64,000 nt of DNA from Candidatus Marinacidobacterales bacterium (GTDB lineage Bacteria > Acidobacteriota > Vicinamibacteria > Marinacidobacterales > DATDRI01), in assembly GCA_965226495.1 (NCBI GenBank), contig OZ245365.1:5376001-5440000 (forward strand), read 5' to 3'. The stretch's first letter is position 1. The number at the start of each line of letters is the position of its first letter. The translations under genes and the position numbers were made by a program. Under the pieces are notes generated by a model. The model did not search any database, had not been told where the DNA came from, and worked only from the letters and a program-made list of their open reading frames with translations. Shown piece by piece: positions 61,725 through 64,000 of this stretch.

Positions 61725-62672
61725 ATGATTCCAATCGAAGAAATTCGTCGGGCCCGCGAAATCATCGCCGTCGATTCCATCCGCACTCCGCTCGTTCGGT
61801 TGAACGTCCTGGATTCCCCTGCCGAGATCTATTTGAAGCTCGAAAATCTTCAGCCCATCGGCTCGTTCAAGATCCGCGGCGCCTCTTACGCTGTGCGCCA
61901 AGCCTCCGCGGACGAAGTATCCCGTGGCGTCATTACCGCTAGCGCCGGCAATATGGCCCAAGGAGTCGCATCGGTGGCCCGCGCGCTCGGAGTTTCTTGC
62001 ACGGTCATCGTTCCGGAGAACGCCCCGGAGACCAAGCTTGCCGCCATCGAACGCCTCGACGGGAAGTACATCAAAGTTCCGTTCGACCGATGGTGGCAGA
62101 CCCTGCAGGAGTCTTCTTATCCAGGAGTGGAAGGCCTCTTCGTGCATCCAGTTGAAGACGAGCGCGTGATGGCGGGTAACGGAACGATTGGTCTAGAGAT
62201 ACTGGAAGACGTGCCGGATCCAGACGTCGTTTTGATCCCATGGGGAGGAGGCGGTCTGTGCACCGGCATCGCGAGCGCGATGCGTTCCTTGGCACCGACG
62301 GTGAAGGTCTTCGGCGTAGAACCGGAGACAGCTTCTCCGCTCAAAGCATCGTTCGCTAAGGGCTCGATCCAAACCGTCAATTTTACTCGTTCCTTCGTCG
62401 ATGGCGCGGGAGGAAAAACGTTGCTTCCAAAGATGTGGCCCCTGGCCCAAGAGCTTCTCGAGGGATCCCTCACCGCGTCTCTCGATGAAATCGCTTCTGC
62501 AATCCGGATATTGGCAGAGCGGAATCGGGTAATCGCGGAAGGCGCGGGTGCCTTGGCGGTAGCGGCTGCGCTCTCTGGCCGTGCCGGCACCGGGAGGATC
62601 GTGTGCGTCGTCTCGGGCGGTAATATCGATTTTACGGTTCTCGTCAGAATATTGCGGGGGGAGACACCGTAA
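61725..62672 (+). CDS. PLP-dependent threonine/serine dehydratase-racemase family protein
   Basis: KLENLQPIGSFKIRGA, ASAGN, GGGGL and SGGN. Confidence 0.92.
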   Translation: MIPIEEIRRAREIIAVDSIRTPLVRLNVLDSPAEIYLKLENLQPIGSFKIRGASYAVRQASADEVSRGVITASAGNMAQGVASVARALGVSCTVIVPENAPETKLAAIERLDGKYIKVPFDRWWQTLQESSYPGVEGLFVHPVEDERVMAGNGTIGLEILEDVPDPDVVLIPWGGGGLCTGIASAMRSLAPTVKVFGVEPETASPLKASFAKGSIQTVNFTRSFVDGAGGKTLLPKMWPLAQELLEGSLTASLDEIASAIRILAERNRVIAEGAGALAVAAALSGRAGTGRIVCVVSGGNIDFTVLVRILRGETP

Positions 62673-62737
62673 TTACATCTATCTCGGCATGCTCGGGGTA
62701 GCCACCCCACCGCTGTACGGCCTAACCTCGGAACAAG

Positions 62738-63067
62738 TCAGCGAAGTAAGCGAGCCTCCGCAGTAACCGAATCGTCGGACTCGTCATCCTCGCAGTCTAC
62801 TTCTGCCCAACCTTGCCGAACTTTGCTACCCCCACAGTAGCTCTTGCCTTGCCCCATCGGATTGTTGAGGTAGGCCAGAATGTTCGCACACGTTTCGTCT
62901 TCCGCAGGCTGGACCTTGCAAACACCCGAGTAGGCCGGGTTTTTGAAACAGCAGGTCTCTTTTGATTCCGGAGATGCGTCCTGTTCAGCCAACGAGGTGG
63001 ACCCGGTGAACGTGAAAGCCAGCATCGCCGCCAATCCCGCGGCGACCGCGATACGTTCGATGACCAT
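62738..63067 (-). CDS. Small secreted Cys-rich hypothetical protein
   Basis: Signal peptide from ATG 63067. Six Cys in the mature part and an acidic tail. Confidence 0.7.
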   Translation of the reverse strand: MVIERIAVAAGLAAMLAFTFTGSTSLAEQDASPESKETCCFKNPAYSGVCKVQPAEDETCANILAYLNNPMGQGKSYCGGSKVRQGWAEVDCEDDESDDSVTAEARLLR

Positions 63068-63225
63068 CTTCGCCTCCCTGAAGAAACCCCGCAAGAAGTT
63101 TACTCCTCCGGGTTCTCCCTTTCCAGCTCTCTGCCGATCAGGGGCAGTTTGCCCCAACGCGGCGGGGTCGCCTATGATGGCTGAGAGCACGTCCAAGACG
63201 TCAGGGAGGTGCGAGGAGGTGCGGG

Positions 63226-63519
63226 ATGGGAGCCGAAAACCTCAAGATCATTTGTCCCTGCTGCGATGCAAAGCTCACCGTGCATCCAAGAACCGGTGCG
63301 ATCTTGGCGCACGAAAAGCCTCCGGAAGGACCGGCGAAGAGCTTCGAACAAGCGTTTTCCGACGAAAAGAAACGCCGCGAGGACGCGGCGGACCGGTTCG
63401 CTCAATCGGTGAAGGAACACGAGAACCGGGACGAGATCCTCGAAAAGAAGTTCAGGGAAGCCTTCAAGAAGGCTGAAAAAGACGACAAGCCGCCTCCACG
63501 ACCTTTTGACTTCGACTGA
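63226..63519 (+). CDS. Small hypothetical protein with an N-terminal CPCC motif
   Basis: GGAGG Shine-Dalgarno, ICPCCDAKL, a charged helix and terminal RPFDFD. Confidence 0.8.
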   Translation: MGAENLKIICPCCDAKLTVHPRTGAILAHEKPPEGPAKSFEQAFSDEKKRREDAADRFAQSVKEHENRDEILEKKFREAFKKAEKDDKPPPRPFDFD

Positions 63520-63578
63520 CACGTCGGCCTGCCTCTCCGAAGTTCCGGGTGTTCCAGCGAACGAAGGCAGGCGAGCGA

Positions 63579-64000
63579 CTAAATCAAAGCCCTCACGAAG
63601 GAGTGGAGGATCCCCCCGTTCTTGTAGTAGTCCACCTCGACCGCGGAATCCAGTCGAGCTCGGACTCTGAAGTTAAGCTCGGCCCCGTCGGACCGGTGGG
63701 CCTTCACCTGGAGCTCTTGACGAGGACGGATGTCGGCACCTAGACCCTCGACATCGAACACTTCATGCCCGTTCAGACCGATCGACTCAGCACCCTCTCC
63801 GTTCATGAATTCGAGGGGCAGCACTCCCATCCCTACTAGATTGCTACGGTGGATGCGCTCGTAACTTTGGGCGATCACCGCCTTGACGCCTAGAAGCAGG
63901 GTGCCTTTGGCGGCCCAATCACGCGACGATCCGGAGCCGTATTCTTTCCCGGCGATGACGAGCAACGGAATTCCTTCATCCTGGTAGCGCATCGCGGCTT
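63579..64000 (-). CDS. acnA: Aconitate hydratase A, C-terminal part (runs off the right edge)
   Basis: [31 protein letters not shown] and YYKNGGIL. Confidence 0.95.
   Translation of the reverse strand, partial: AAMRYQDEGIPLLVIAGKEYGSGSSRDWAAKGTLLLGVKAVIAQSYERIHRSNLVGMGVLPLEFMNGEGAESIGLNGHEVFDVEGLGADIRPRQELQVKAHRSDGAELNFRVRARLDSAVEVDYYKNGGILHSFVRALI

Noticed and set aside
1-64000. Integrase, transposase, prophage, rRNA or CRISPR array
   Set aside because: None was recognised in the ORF track or by reading the sequence.

Overview
This GC-rich bacterial window is most likely from an Acidobacteriota (Vicinamibacteria-like) genome. That assignment is an inference from the ADOP-type permease and the style of the intergenic repeats. 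Bases 1-24.6 kb are accessory. They hold a Thr-type sulfatase-like gene, an ADOP permease and a DAACS-SBP fusion transporter. They also hold a 9.3 kb cluster of three exported CotH-family kinases and three DUF4956 membrane proteins, one fused to a VTC (polyphosphate polymerase/CYTH) domain and one to a lipoprotein ectodomain. A DUF1326/DUF2182 pair, a PAS kinase/NarL two-component locus with three matching palindromic operators, and an OprO/P-type porin follow. Bases 24.7-64 kb are mostly housekeeping and metabolic genes: trmB, a desaturase, an hcrCAB-like molybdoenzyme, a HemN-like radical SAM enzyme, folC, accD, a Btu/Fec ABC transporter, a Ser/Thr kinase, folK, gatB, ftsE/udk/ftsX, mqnD, coaX, an amino-acid catabolic operon and acnA. 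The best candidate for a new system is the VTC-DUF4956-CotH cluster, which may make and export polyphosphate to feed extracytoplasmic kinases. Several genes carry 1-2 bp frameshifts or local duplications that may be assembly errors. All family calls come from motif recognition by eye, and no database search was run.
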